Below are positions 45,617 through 55,446 of a stretch of DNA of 63,862 nt, piece after piece. Source of the DNA: a virus (taxonomy: Duplodnaviria; Caudoviricetes); the IMG/VR virus record IMGVR_UViG_3300011339_000401, positions 1 to 63,862 of that record; one strand, given 5' to 3'. The position numbers and the translations under genes were made by a program. The first letter of the stretch is position 1; every line of letters begins with the position of its first letter. The notes below the pieces were generated by a model, which had not been told where the DNA came from, did not search any database, and worked only from the letters and a program-made list of their open reading frames with translations.

Positions 45617-48449
45617 CTTCTACCTCAGCTACTTTGGGAAGAAGATTACCCATATCTAGGAAGCCGCCGATAGATGTGTCAAAGATCAACGCCTGTACGC
45701 CAGTAGTAGTAACCTTCATACCCTTAGTCATCCGCTTGACGTCAGACCGCAGAAACACGCCTTCTTCTTTAAGCTTCTTCAGCGTTTCTTTGTAGTTGAT
45801 CTGGTAGATGACGCAGTATTCTTTAAACTTCTTAGCTGTGATGAACATCAACTTGGTATCCGGCTCAAACCGAATTACCAATTCACCCCTTGGTTCCATA
45901 CGCGGGATAAACTCCATGTTGCTCCGCTGGTCCACCACATCGTCAACAACGAGAATGTTCTGCATATACCGGTTGATAAAGTCCCCGATGATCTGGGCAG
46001 TGTTAGTCGCTGGTGCTTCAATTTCCTCACGCAGGCCCACAACCATGGCACAAGCCCACTGGTACAGGCTGTTCATATCCCAGTCGATAAGGCCAAGCAT
46101 CTTGGCCACGAAGCCAGCAGTTAGGTTAGAGGCTACACCTGCCGACCAGAAGCGTTCCCGCTGCGTTAGCTGCAATTCACGGTCCAGACGCGCTTGGATT
46201 GTCATGCAGGCTTCTTCTATCTCTTCCAAGTTCTCTAACACATACTTGATGAAAATAGGACCGGCGTGGCCATAATTCTCCATCAACTGCTGGTCGAACA
46301 TGGCCTTGCCAACATCCGTTGCAATCGCATCCGTGGGGTGAATACGATACTCTATGAGCCGCATCATTTCCCCGTCAGGTGAGCCTTTAAGGTTAGTCAG
46401 CTTCTCGTAGAAGGAAGCGTTGGACGAGCATAGCGAGATTGTCTGCCATGTTGTGTCGTTGATGCGGAGTTCATTACCCCCAGCAGTCATACGCTCCTTA
46501 CCCTTACCTTGGGACATACCGTAAACCAGTTCGGAGAACTCTTCCGCTGGCATGTTGGTGATTTCGTCCACACAGAACGGCAGGTTACGCATAATGGCTA
46601 GCCACTGCATCTTAGCATTCAAAGTGTCTGACTTCTTAGCAATGAGTTCTGTCGGGTGTCCGTATACGCTCATAGCCATACGCAGGGCGGTGGTCTTACC
46701 CGTGCCGCTCTCGGGACTAACGAGGTTAATAGCCGCGCCTGTCTGGTTAAGGAACCTAAGCAGTGGTGAGCCAAACGCGCTCAAAGCGGCAAATGCGTGG
46801 CCTTCCATGCCGGGACGCCCGTAGAGTGCCCAGACTTCTTTCCACTTATCCAACGAACCCACTGGGCCCATCTGCTTTGCCATGCTGGTCGTTACGTTAG
46901 ACGGAGGGCTATAGAGTACCCCGTCCTTACTGATCTCCTGATCTCCGATGATAAACTTGCTGTTGTTGTCAGCCCATCCAAATTGATTACGCATAATTTC
47001 CATTTTCCTTATATCTTGCATTTTGATTACCGACTTGAGGGTGTAGTCCATCAATATATCGAAGGTCTTACCCGCAGCGACGATGCTGTAGGTAGATATA
47101 GCCTTACGAAGCATATCTTTGGAGGTTACCTCATTGAGGGGAACCAAGAAGTCCTCGACACCATCCTGCGGTAGATGGCGACGGAAGACGATTATTTCAC
47201 CGTTTTTCGCGTCCCGCATACGTTTTAAGGCATAGAAATCGTAAGGGTATACGAGAATAGGGTCTGCCTCGGTACCATCCTCCCCCTTTGCGCCTACACG
47301 CCAGATACCCCCACCCTCACCGCGAAAATAAGGGAATGGGTACTTGGGTATTGTTAGCGTCTCTGACCTTGGTCCTTCTGGCGTATCCAGAATAACGTCG
47401 ACTAGGTCAGAGGTCGCTTCCTTGACAACTTTGCCAAGATACTTTGGCCCGAGGATTTGCCCCTTCCACTTACATCCTTGGCACAGCGCAGGGGCCTTAC
47501 CTTCAAACTTGGCACAGCTAGTTGCGCCTCTGATGGTGGCTACCTTAGCGTCCAGTCGGTCTGGGTCGTATTCGGGATGCCCCTCGGACATCATATGTAC
47601 TGCTTTATCCGCGTCTTCGCACTGGGCAGCAACCGAGATGGCGTGAAACCACTCGTAATAGTCTATCGTGGCCCGGTTGGTGTAGGCATGAATAAGCTGG
47701 TTACAGCCGTCACCCTTAGCACTACGCGTCATAATCTTGCCGAAGTTGAACTGAGTGCTGGCGCTCATAGCCTTACCAAGCTCGGTCGGCTCCCACTGCT
47801 TCTTAGGCGCAGCCTTCTTGACGCCCATAAGCTTGACCATCTCGTCAAAGCTAACCGGCTCGGCGGCTCGCATTACCTCTACTAGCTTAGGTGTAGAGTC
47901 TTTAAAGTTATATGTGCCCGGTATCCTTAAGATGCGCGACGCATCGAATACCGCTGGGTCCACATAAAAGTCATGGGTGTAGCATAGGTCACGTAGGCGC
48001 TCAGCGGCAGGTTCCCACTCTTCGCGGGTCACATCTCGGTCAAGTGCCCAGTATGCGTGTATACCGCGCCCCGAGCTTACGATGGTGGGTTTAGGCAGGC
48101 CGACAAGGTTGCGGAACTCAAGTAGGGCAATGGCCCCCTCTCGCTGCGTAGCATACCCATCGGGGCGTCCGGTCTTGTCGCTTACAACCGCTTTGGCCTC
48201 ACCGCAGTCGATGTCTAACCACAAAGCACGAAGTGATAGTACGTTGTCCTTGGTGCGGCCTGCGTCCGTCTTAAACTTAGCCACCCCGAAAAACACATTG
48301 CGTTCTTGGGCTAGGTACTGGGCTGCAACACGGTCTGCTTCCTCGCGGGTTTCGACCAATGATTGTTTAACTACGTTATCTTTTATACCTACGATTGCGA
48401 ACCACCCATCGGATGGCTGCACCGCAGACATTAGGTCAAAATTCTCCAT
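45597..48449 (-). CDS. Primase-helicase fusion (AEP/RepB-like primase plus DUF927-type helicase)
   Basis: WLDID, SSGRGIHAYW, RILRIPGT.N; Cys cluster; Walker A SGTGKTT; Walker B CVDE. Confidence 0.88.
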   Translation of the reverse strand: MENFDLMSAVQPSDGWFAIVGIKDNVVKQSLVETREEADRVAAQYLAQERNVFFGVAKFKTDAGRTKDNVLSLRALWLDIDCGEAKAVVSDKTGRPDGYATQREGAIALLEFRNLVGLPKPTIVSSGRGIHAYWALDRDVTREEWEPAAERLRDLCYTHDFYVDPAVFDASRILRIPGTYNFKDSTPKLVEVMRAAEPVSFDEMVKLMGVKKAAPKKQWEPTELGKAMSASTQFNFGKIMTRSAKGDGCNQLIHAYTNRATIDYYEWFHAISVAAQCEDADKAVHMMSEGHPEYDPDRLDAKVATIRGATSCAKFEGKAPALCQGCKWKGQILGPKYLGKVVKEATSDLVDVILDTPEGPRSETLTIPKYPFPYFRGEGGGIWRVGAKGEDGTEADPILVYPYDFYALKRMRDAKNGEIIVFRRHLPQDGVEDFLVPLNEVTSKDMLRKAISTYSIVAAGKTFDILMDYTLKSVIKMQDIRKMEIMRNQFGWADNNSKFIIGDQEISKDGVLYSPPSNVTTSMAKQMGPVGSLDKWKEVWALYGRPGMEGHAFAALSAFGSPLLRFLNQTGAAINLVSPESGTGKTTALRMAMSVYGHPTELIAKKSDTLNAKMQWLAIMRNLPFCVDEITNMPAEEFSELVYGMSQGKGKERMTAGGNELRINDTTWQTISLCSSNASFYEKLTNLKGSPDGEMMRLIEYRIHPTDAIATDVGKAMFDQQLMENYGHAGPIFIKYVLENLEEIEEACMTIQARLDRELQLTQRERFWSAGVASNLTAGFVAKMLGLIDWDMNSLYQWACAMVVGLREEIEAPATNTAQIIGDFINRYMQNILVVDDVVDQRSNMEFIPRMEPRGELVIRFEPDTKLMFITAKKFKEYCVIYQINYKETLKKLKEEGVFLRSDVKRMTKGMKVTTTGVQALIFDTSIGGFLDMGNLLPKVAEVEDASAGG

Positions 48450-48504
48450 GGCATCACTCTCTGTCGCGGGGTTTACCCGCCAACTAATTCACATCTTGAA
48501 AGGC

Positions 48505-48738
48505 TCAATTAGGCAGTTGAGCGATGTATTTTTGGATCAGCCCAACAAACTCGCCCTGCGGGATACTACCCCCGCAGAACCAGTTGTAGACAGTCTGACG
48601 AGTAGCACCTAGGTCATCGGCAGCTTTGCTCACCGGGATTCCATGCTCAATACACTTCCTCCCTAACTGCACACCCAAGTGTTCCTCGTCAGCCTGTTGG
48701 TTGGCCTCAACCAGCTTAACGCTGTAGCCGTAACTCAT
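48505..48738 (-). CDS. HTH transcriptional regulator
   Basis: VSKAADDLGATRQTVYNWFCG. Confidence 0.85.
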   Translation of the reverse strand: MSYGYSVKLVEANQQADEEHLGVQLGRKCIEHGIPVSKAADDLGATRQTVYNWFCGGSIPQGEFVGLIQKYIAQLPN

Positions 48739-48740
48739 TA

Positions 48741-49646
48741 CTACTCCCCACTACCCCATGCGCTGATAACCGACGCAAGGCTTTCTGATGCTGCCACAGT
48801 TTCGGTCTTAGATGCAACACGCTTTTTAGGTTCTTCGATTTCTTCTTCGGGTTCATCCGAGCGAGAAACCTGTGGCGCTGGTTCAGGTGCGGGTGTAGGT
48901 GCTTGCTTCTTAACGCCATCCTGCGCAGCTACGGTCAGTTCGCACAGACGCTTGGTCGATGGGTCCTTCTGCACCTGCTTCACGAGGTCGTACTCGTCGT
49001 CGTTCAATCCACGAACAGGCGTGAAAAGAAGTTCCATGGAGTCAGCGTTCAAGTCATAGCTGATGTTAGTGATTACCGAATCTGGGCTTTCATGGTGGCC
49101 AAGCAGATACTTCACATAGCTTTCGAACGGATGCACGTTGCCGACACCCTTACCGAAGAGCGACTTAGCAGGGACGTTGAACTGATAAACTTCGCCAGAT
49201 GTATCACCAGCGAGTAGCACTGCGATGCGGCGCTGGAAGCGGCAAGCACGACCCTTACCGTTCTGACCCGAGCCGACTACGTTCATGTCACATACCGTGC
49301 AGTTAGCAGCTTGCCTGTTACCAGCAGATGCTTCTGGCTTATCACCATCGTTCGACCAGCAATCTGGCAATGTCGGTTTTGCATTGGGGTCGTATGCCCC
49401 AGCGTAGAATGTACGCGATACCTTGGGCAGCGCATGAACGATGATGACATTGATATCACCACGGACTGCATCACCAATCTGCTCACCATTGATTAGGCGT
49501 TTGAACGTGCCGTTGGTGTTGGTCTGGATACGACGAGATGTGGTGCCACTAGTCGCAAGCGACTTAGCAAGTTCACTGAGTTCACGACGACCGACTGACG
49601 TTGAGACGGCACCGGCTTGCTTAAAGATAGATACTTCGTTTGACAT
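48741..49646 (-). CDS. Putative ssDNA-binding/annealing protein
   Basis: CWSNDG..P, C..C, GRACR; acidic/Pro-rich tail; replication context. Confidence 0.6.
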   Translation of the reverse strand: MSNEVSIFKQAGAVSTSVGRRELSELAKSLATSGTTSRRIQTNTNGTFKRLINGEQIGDAVRGDINVIIVHALPKVSRTFYAGAYDPNAKPTLPDCWSNDGDKPEASAGNRQAANCTVCDMNVVGSGQNGKGRACRFQRRIAVLLAGDTSGEVYQFNVPAKSLFGKGVGNVHPFESYVKYLLGHHESPDSVITNISYDLNADSMELLFTPVRGLNDDEYDLVKQVQKDPSTKRLCELTVAAQDGVKKQAPTPAPEPAPQVSRSDEPEEEIEEPKKRVASKTETVAASESLASVISAWGSGE

Positions 49647-49658
49647 GGGTATATCCCC

Positions 49659-50063
49659 TTACTTTCCTGTTGGTTTACGAACTTGGATAACAAATTTGCG
49701 GTCAGCTTGAAGGCCAATCGGAAGCGAGTCTGGGTTTTCATCCAAGAACTGCTTCATATTACCGTTGTGGATGCGCTGCTCAAGAAGGAATGGCACATCG
49801 TTTTCACGAATGAACTCGTACATCCTCTCCCAGTCGGTGGTCCAATAACGGGTATTTACACGGCGGCTAACTGTACCCGCCGCTGTACGTAGGCTGTCAG
49901 CCTGTAGGGAGTTACAAACCCCTAGCAGTGCATCGCTGACAATGTCGAGTTGCTCACGCAATCCAGATATATCTGCTTTGTGGGCTTCTTCTTTCTCCGA
50001 GATAGCTTCGCGTATCTTACGGTACGCAGCCACCATCTCCTCAACGGATTCATCGGTATTCAT
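49659..50063 (-). CDS. Conserved replication-module coiled-coil protein
   Basis: YRKIR, TAAGTV, DWERMYEFI, LLEQRI. Confidence 0.8.
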   Translation of the reverse strand: MNTDESVEEMVAAYRKIREAISEKEEAHKADISGLREQLDIVSDALLGVCNSLQADSLRTAAGTVSRRVNTRYWTTDWERMYEFIRENDVPFLLEQRIHNGNMKQFLDENPDSLPIGLQADRKFVIQVRKPTGK

Positions 50064-50089
50064 GCTTTGCTCCTTGGTTGGCTTTTATA

Positions 50090-50117
50090 TTCTTACAATA
50101 CTCTTTGACAATGTCAA
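50090..50117 (-). promoter_or_regulatory. Middle promoter with palindromic -35 region
   Basis: TTGACA-16bp-TAAGAA; palindrome TTGACA-A-TGTCAA at 50105-50117. Confidence 0.5.
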
Positions 50118-51664
50118 GCAGCATCAATCATCATTTGACGATATAAGTCAATAATCCTTTCGTGGTTGTTGATGTTGCCTTGCAGCATGGAGAAAAGGCG
50201 GTCCTCCACCTCGCTGCCCCTGATATGCACAATGGTCATTGCGTTCTTCTGTCCGGGGCGGTTGATGCGGGCGTTAGCTTGCAAGTATGTTTCTACGCTT
50301 GTCACTGGGGCATACCAGATGATTGTGTCTGCTGCCGTAAGCGTAAGTCCGTGCGATGCAGCCTGTGGCTGGATGATAAGCACATGCGGGTCTTTGCGAG
50401 TCTGGAACTGGTCGACGATATCTGAGCGCTTGTTGAGCGGCACCTTGCCGTTGATGACCTCGCAGGGGATGCCAGCTTTCTCCAGCCTAGCGCGTAGTAA
50501 TTCGATGGTGTGGGTGAATGGCACGAAAACCAGCACCTTGTTCGCGGCTTCCTCAATGACTTCCAGCACCACGTTAAGCCGGTTAGATACATCGAACTCT
50601 ATGACTTCTCCAGTATCCGCATAGACCGCACCACCACTAATCTGGAGCAGCTTGTTAATCTTAACCGCTGCGTTGACTGCGCTAATCTCTTCTCCGCCAG
50701 CCTCAATCAGCATCTCGTTCTTGAGTTGCAGGTAGTACTTCTTCTGCTGCGGTGTGAGCGGTGCCTCGCGTTCAATGAACGTAACCTCTGGCAAGTCGAG
50801 GCAGTCTTTCTTCTCAAACCGGATAGCGGGTTGCAACACATTATGGACGACACGGTCTGAGTTAGGCTTTGGAACCCATTTGAACTGGGTCAGCTTCATC
50901 ATGACTTGATCTCGGAACGCACCATAAAAGGTAGGGCAATTCTGTGGGTTCACCAGCTTGGCTAAGCCGTAGGCGTCTATAGGGGACTGCGCAGCAGGCG
51001 TACCTGTAAGCATCCATAGATACGGGTTTAGGTCTTTCATTATCACCGCCAGCGTCTTCCAACGGTTGGTCTGTGCGTTCTTATAGGCGTTAGCCTCATC
51101 TACGACGATTAAGTCGAAGTCGCCGTTGCGGACCACATCCTCTACGATAGCTAAGCCATCAAAGTTTAGGATGACAAACTCGGCACCAGCCTCAATGATT
51201 TTCTTGCGGGTCTTGGCATCGCCGTGAGCAACGCTACACGAACGGTGCATCGCAAAGGTAAACAGGTCACGCTGCCATGCCGACTTCATGATTGACAGGG
51301 GGCACAGAACTAGGACGCGCTTGATCTTACCTAAGTTCATTAGGTAGTCTGCTGCCCATATGACGCTGGCCGTCTTACCTGTACCCTGCTCGTTGAAGCA
51401 GAAAGCGCGCCTGTTGGCTGTCAGAAAAGACGAAGTGGTCTCTTGGTGCGCAAACGGCTTATGCTTACCCGTCCACTTGTAGTCCCGCGTGATGGGGGAG
51501 GGAGCGTTCTTGTAGCCTAAGCCAGCAAGGATTTGCACTTCATGCAGCCCCCACTTGACGGCCACCTTGTTGTCCTCGATTGCTGCGCTGTTTGGTATTA
51601 CGTGGGTAATGATGTCAGGCTCGTTGGTTTCAAAGACCAACGCTTTATTATCTACGATTTGCAC
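50114..51664 (-). CDS. SNF2-family helicase
   Basis: QGTGKT, VVDEA, LTGTP, HGLTL, QANARINRPGQ. Confidence 0.92.
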   Translation of the reverse strand: MQIVDNKALVFETNEPDIITHVIPNSAAIEDNKVAVKWGLHEVQILAGLGYKNAPSPITRDYKWTGKHKPFAHQETTSSFLTANRRAFCFNEQGTGKTASVIWAADYLMNLGKIKRVLVLCPLSIMKSAWQRDLFTFAMHRSCSVAHGDAKTRKKIIEAGAEFVILNFDGLAIVEDVVRNGDFDLIVVDEANAYKNAQTNRWKTLAVIMKDLNPYLWMLTGTPAAQSPIDAYGLAKLVNPQNCPTFYGAFRDQVMMKLTQFKWVPKPNSDRVVHNVLQPAIRFEKKDCLDLPEVTFIEREAPLTPQQKKYYLQLKNEMLIEAGGEEISAVNAAVKINKLLQISGGAVYADTGEVIEFDVSNRLNVVLEVIEEAANKVLVFVPFTHTIELLRARLEKAGIPCEVINGKVPLNKRSDIVDQFQTRKDPHVLIIQPQAASHGLTLTAADTIIWYAPVTSVETYLQANARINRPGQKNAMTIVHIRGSEVEDRLFSMLQGNINNHERIIDLYRQMMIDAA

Positions 51665-51684
51665 GGTGTATCTCCACCTATATG

Positions 51685-51969
51685 TTATTTTTTCTTTTTG
51701 CGTTCCCGCGTACTAGTTTCAGATACTAGGTTCTTCTTGCTATCCCGTTTGAAGGAGCGGTTGGCCGATGCGCTTTCTACGCGCAGTCCGGTCTTGTTAG
51801 TACCACCCTTATCGAATGCCTTAACGTGAGCGACGTCTTTACCGTCGCCCTTATGGACCTTACCAGCTTTCATCATCTTGGCACGGGCACTGTTACGCGC
51901 AGCGCGGTTCTTCTTCTGCTGTTCAGTACCTTGGTACGTATCGTACTCTTTGCGATAGTCACGGGCCAT
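51685..51969 (-). CDS. Small HNH-like protein
   Basis: MARDYRKEY...DVAH...GGTN...NRS; start at TAATG 51969. Confidence 0.65.
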   Translation of the reverse strand: MARDYRKEYDTYQGTEQQKKNRAARNSARAKMMKAGKVHKGDGKDVAHVKAFDKGGTNKTGLRVESASANRSFKRDSKKNLVSETSTRERKKKK

Positions 51970-52640
51970 TAGCGTCTCCTCGGGCGGTGGTGTTCGCATT
52001 CTACCACAGGGCACCAGCCACATAAAGGGCTGCTTTTAGGGTTCCACACACCACTAAGCTGGGCGTGTTCCAGTCGGCCCAGTTCGTCAGCGAACACGTT
52101 TAAGTACGCGTCCATCTCCTCCCGTACATGAACCTTCTTAATAAACTCGTTGCTTACTACATATGCTAGAGCAGACTTAATCGTCTTAAGGTCCGGGTAG
52201 TACACGAACAACGCACCAGCCATGAGGTCAAGCTGCTTGGGGTCTGCGTACTTGGCGTTCTTACCCGTCTTGTAGTCTACCATGTGGGCTGTCTCGCCGT
52301 TGATGATAACCAAATCGACGATGCCCCGCCACCACACATCCTTATCGAAGAAGCTGCATGGCGCGTAGCCAGTAGGCGTCTTCCTGACACCTAGCTTTAA
52401 CTCGGTGTGCTTATCACCTTCGATAGCAACGAGGCTATCAACGATGGGCTTCATGTAACCAAACTTCTTCGGGATGGGTGTGCCATCCTTAACAAACAAC
52501 TCGGCAGCTTCATGGACTGCGGTCCCATAGTCAGCAGCTTCCCCCGGCGTATCCTTGACGTCCTTAACCACTTTGAGGTGGAAGTATTTCTTTGGGCACT
52601 GGTCGAAGGTCTTGATGCTGCTATAGGACCACGCTGTCAT
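51969..52640 (-). CDS. PD-(D/E)xK exonuclease, Cas4/RecB-like
   Basis: WSYSS...QCP, GTAVH, GIVD, DYKTG, CGWC....C. Confidence 0.9.
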   Translation of the reverse strand: MTAWSYSSIKTFDQCPKKYFHLKVVKDVKDTPGEAADYGTAVHEAAELFVKDGTPIPKKFGYMKPIVDSLVAIEGDKHTELKLGVRKTPTGYAPCSFFDKDVWWRGIVDLVIINGETAHMVDYKTGKNAKYADPKQLDLMAGALFVYYPDLKTIKSALAYVVSNEFIKKVHVREEMDAYLNVFADELGRLEHAQLSGVWNPKSSPLCGWCPVVECEHHRPRRR

Positions 52641-52852
52641 TATGCTTCCTTAATCTGCCGCGCTGCACGGCGCACTTGAGTTACGGTATTTAGTATAGCG
52701 CGTTTATCGGAGTCCCACTTACCTTTACCGTGGGGAAACACTGCTACTAACTTACCCCCCATATTAACCTTATAGTGTTTTGCACCGTACTCAACCTCCC
52801 ATGGGAGGCCCGTCTTGTGTAGGGCCTCCTCCAGCTTCGGCGGGATTTTCAC
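52640..52852 (-). CDS. Small basic protein (HicA-like fold possible)
   Basis: GAKHYKV...VFP; operon position. Confidence 0.6.
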   Translation of the reverse strand: MKIPPKLEEALHKTGLPWEVEYGAKHYKVNMGGKLVAVFPHGKGKWDSDKRAILNTVTQVRRAARQIKEA

Positions 52853-53388
52853 CGCACCTTCCCTTGAAGACGGTCAGCCACTAACGTAGCATATCCCGCT
52901 ATATCAATCCAGCTATCTATATGCTGTGAGTCACCGGTAATGATACGCGCAATCTTACTCGCTATCATATCAAGGGCTTCCTGATGGTCTGCTTGTAGCC
53001 CTGCATTTTGTTCGTCTAGGGCGCTGCGAATGAGTTCTTTCATTTCCTGTGCAAAAAGCGCTACGCTAATGAAGCTACCATAAGTGGCTGCACGTTCGTT
53101 AAGGATTGCGTCTACCTCTTGAGCGTTCTTGGCCCCTTCGACTACGATATACTCACCGGCTTTCGCCTCTGCCCTCCAGCCTCCGATCATCTCTTTGATC
53201 TTGTCGTTGTGCTCTGTGGCAGTCTGTCGCACCGTTTCCACCACTTCCCCTACACCTTCTGCTAACTTCTTCTTTAGCATGTGTACGTAGCTTATGCTTA
53301 CATCAAGCTGTTCATGTATGTCCTTAGCAGAGTAACCTTTTTGTAGCAGCTTTAAAACTGCCGCTGCTTTAGTCATTTTCAATTCCAT
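52849..53388 (-). CDS. N-terminal HTH plus DUF6378-like domain protein
   Basis: ILNERAATYG...KIARI...DSWIDIAGYA. Confidence 0.8.
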   Translation of the reverse strand: MELKMTKAAAVLKLLQKGYSAKDIHEQLDVSISYVHMLKKKLAEGVGEVVETVRQTATEHNDKIKEMIGGWRAEAKAGEYIVVEGAKNAQEVDAILNERAATYGSFISVALFAQEMKELIRSALDEQNAGLQADHQEALDMIASKIARIITGDSQHIDSWIDIAGYATLVADRLQGKVR

Positions 53389-53400
53389 TTCATTTGCTCC

Positions 53401-54159
53401 TTACTTTAGGTTGCTACGCGCCTTTAGGATGTCTCCGCCAAACACATGTGTGCCCACATGGTCCAGCTTGAGGAAGGGGTGCGCGTAAATCTTCCCTCCG
53501 TGTTTGCGAAACAGTTCGCAAAAGTGATAATCTTCTGACAACAATGCGCCGGTATGGTCGATGCTGGTGGCAAAAAACTCATGGGTCAGCGGCTTTACAT
53601 ACTCCCCAGTTTCGGGGTCTTGCTCGGATGAAGTACGGTAGGTCGGCACATGTGGCGCAAGGTGGTCGAATACTCCCCGCCTGATAAGCATAAAGCCTGT
53701 GCCACCGTGCCGCACCTCGATGACACCGCGCTCGTCGGTCTCGGCATACTGGTCATCTACCATGTTAAGCACAAAGTCACCTGCGTAGTCTTCAATGTCC
53801 GTCTTGCCTTCGATTGCAGCACGACCAACGCTGGCCCAGTTAATGCCCTTCTTGGGGTAGATACCGCATACGATATCATCATCCACGGCCATCAACTGGG
53901 CTATAGCCTCACCATCGAAACCAATGTCAGCATCAACGAACATCAGGTAGTCGTTGTCTGTAGCTAAGAAGCTACGAGCAAGCTCGTTACGGGCACGGGT
54001 GATAAGGCTCTCATTGGTCATATGCGACCACTGTACTTTAACACCTAGTTCACGCATCTTGCCCATAGTGGTAAGCAAGCCCAGTACGTACATGCCAGTA
54101 CACATACCACCGTACATAGGGGTGGCGATCATGATGCTAGGGCGTTTCTCTTCAGTCAT
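53401..54159 (-). CDS. GT-A fold glycosyltransferase-like protein (middle copy)
   Basis: ATPMYGG, SLITRARN, MFVDADI, GTGFMLI, SEDYHFC, HVG. Confidence 0.8.
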   Translation of the reverse strand: MTEEKRPSIMIATPMYGGMCTGMYVLGLLTTMGKMRELGVKVQWSHMTNESLITRARNELARSFLATDNDYLMFVDADIGFDGEAIAQLMAVDDDIVCGIYPKKGINWASVGRAAIEGKTDIEDYAGDFVLNMVDDQYAETDERGVIEVRHGGTGFMLIRRGVFDHLAPHVPTYRTSSEQDPETGEYVKPLTHEFFATSIDHTGALLSEDYHFCELFRKHGGKIYAHPFLKLDHVGTHVFGGDILKARSNLK

Positions 54160-54310
54160 TTGCTTTTGCTTTCTTTAGATTCCTATACCGGCATTCCACG
54201 GAAGCAATCGTAAGCCCCATTTGTTCCGCCATGTACGCTGGTCTTAAACCCTGCTGGTAATACTCCAGCAACTGTGCGTCCTTCTCAGGTGTCCATACTT
54301 TTTTGGGCAC
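54152..54310 (-). CDS. Small Myb/GcrA-N-like HTH protein (52 aa, not in the ORF track)
   Basis: GTG start; WTPEKDAQLLEYYQQGL...MAEQMGLTIASVECRY. Confidence 0.6.
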   Translation of the reverse strand: MPKKVWTPEKDAQLLEYYQQGLRPAYMAEQMGLTIASVECRYRNLKKAKAND

Positions 54311-54486
54311 TACCTACCGCCTTTGAAACGGCCACGCTCGTCACGATCAGTGAGTACATGTAGTTCCTTATTCAACCGCTCGTTCTCGCGCTTAATGTTT
54401 TCAGTGGTTACAAAGTTACGTAGCTTTGCCACCAAATATCCAAGAACGAATAACCCGATAAAAATAAAAGCTAATAGCCAATCCAT
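54310..54486 (-). CDS. Small membrane-anchored protein (58 aa, not in the ORF track)
   Basis: MDWLLAFIFIGLFVLGYLV...RDERGRF; fills the operon gap. Confidence 0.65.
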   Translation of the reverse strand: MDWLLAFIFIGLFVLGYLVAKLRNFVTTENIKRENERLNKELHVLTDRDERGRFKGGR

Positions 54487-54490
54487 TTCC

Positions 54491-55090
54491 TTATCCTTTC
54501 TTACGTACTACTAGTTGGTATCCAACGTGGATGATTTCTGCTGTCTCACCGAATATATTGGTGAAAGCGTCGATTGCAATCTTAGGGCGGTGCAGTGCAT
54601 CACGGGGGTTGCCCCACGCATAGTCATCAAACACCATAAACCCTTCAATCTTGAGCAGTGGCCAAGCCATACAAGCATCGGTCAGCACATCGGGTGCCCT
54701 GTGGCTCCCGTCGATATAGATGAAGTCGAAATGCTGGTTGTCCGTTGTCAACCAACGAGCAAGCTCTCGCACGGATGTGCCTTTTTGTTGGATGATACGG
54801 CGGCGCGGTAGCTTTTCTGTAGCTACAATTAAGTTGTGCCGGAAGCGCTCTTCCACTTCGCTCATGTTCTCTTCGCCGTGTTCCTCGCCACCTTCCCAAG
54901 TGTCGATACAGCGCAGGATGTCATCCTCCTGCATCATGTTCTCGGCAATCCAGATACTACTGCGACCCTCAAAAGAGCCGATTTCTAGGAACTGACGGTG
55001 CCCTGCTGTGCCTGACAGCATAGGGGTAAGCTGACTCCAGACTTCCGGTGCCCAGCTAAACCAGTCTTTTGTAAATTGATACTCGCTCAT
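54491..55090 (-). CDS. Class I SAM-dependent methyltransferase (Methyltransf_24-like)
   Basis: LEIGSFEGRS, IDTW, FDFIYIDGSH, VFDDY. Confidence 0.9.
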   Translation of the reverse strand: MSEYQFTKDWFSWAPEVWSQLTPMLSGTAGHRQFLEIGSFEGRSSIWIAENMMQEDDILRCIDTWEGGEEHGEENMSEVEERFRHNLIVATEKLPRRRIIQQKGTSVRELARWLTTDNQHFDFIYIDGSHRAPDVLTDACMAWPLLKIEGFMVFDDYAWGNPRDALHRPKIAIDAFTNIFGETAEIIHVGYQLVVRKKG

Positions 55091-55446
55091 ATTTCTAGTA
55101 CCTTCCTTATTGGGGTCATGTCGTTGTTGGCTGTGCCAACAGTTAGTTGGCTAGCCTTAAGGACGCTAAGGGTCTGAGCCAGATGCTTCTCGTATATATC
55201 TTCTTCCTCTTCCCTGCGGCGGCGTTCGGAGCCATTGAGCAGTTCGTCCATCATATCTTCGTGGGCTTCGGCCAGCCGAACGTTCCGTAGACCTACGTGT
55301 AGTGCGGATACCTCGGCTTCATTTGCATGATCCAGTACCTCAGCTAAAATCCTATCCCAGCGATCTTCGGGGCTTTTAAACTCTTCGGGGTGGCTCTCCA
55401 ACCGTGCGAGTAATAGTTTCACTACGTCATGCGGTTCGTCCATCAC
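55087..55446 (-). CDS. Hypothetical protein
   Basis: LLLARLESHPEEF; overlaps its neighbours. Confidence 0.75.
   Translation of the reverse strand: MMDEPHDVVKLLLARLESHPEEFKSPEDRWDRILAEVLDHANEAEVSALHVGLRNVRLAEAHEDMMDELLNGSERRRREEEEDIYEKHLAQTLSVLKASQLTVGTANNDMTPIRKVLEI

Noticed and set aside
51969-52640. Cas4 as evidence of a CRISPR system
   Set aside because: Stand-alone phage PD-(D/E)xK exonuclease in a replication operon; no array or other cas genes.
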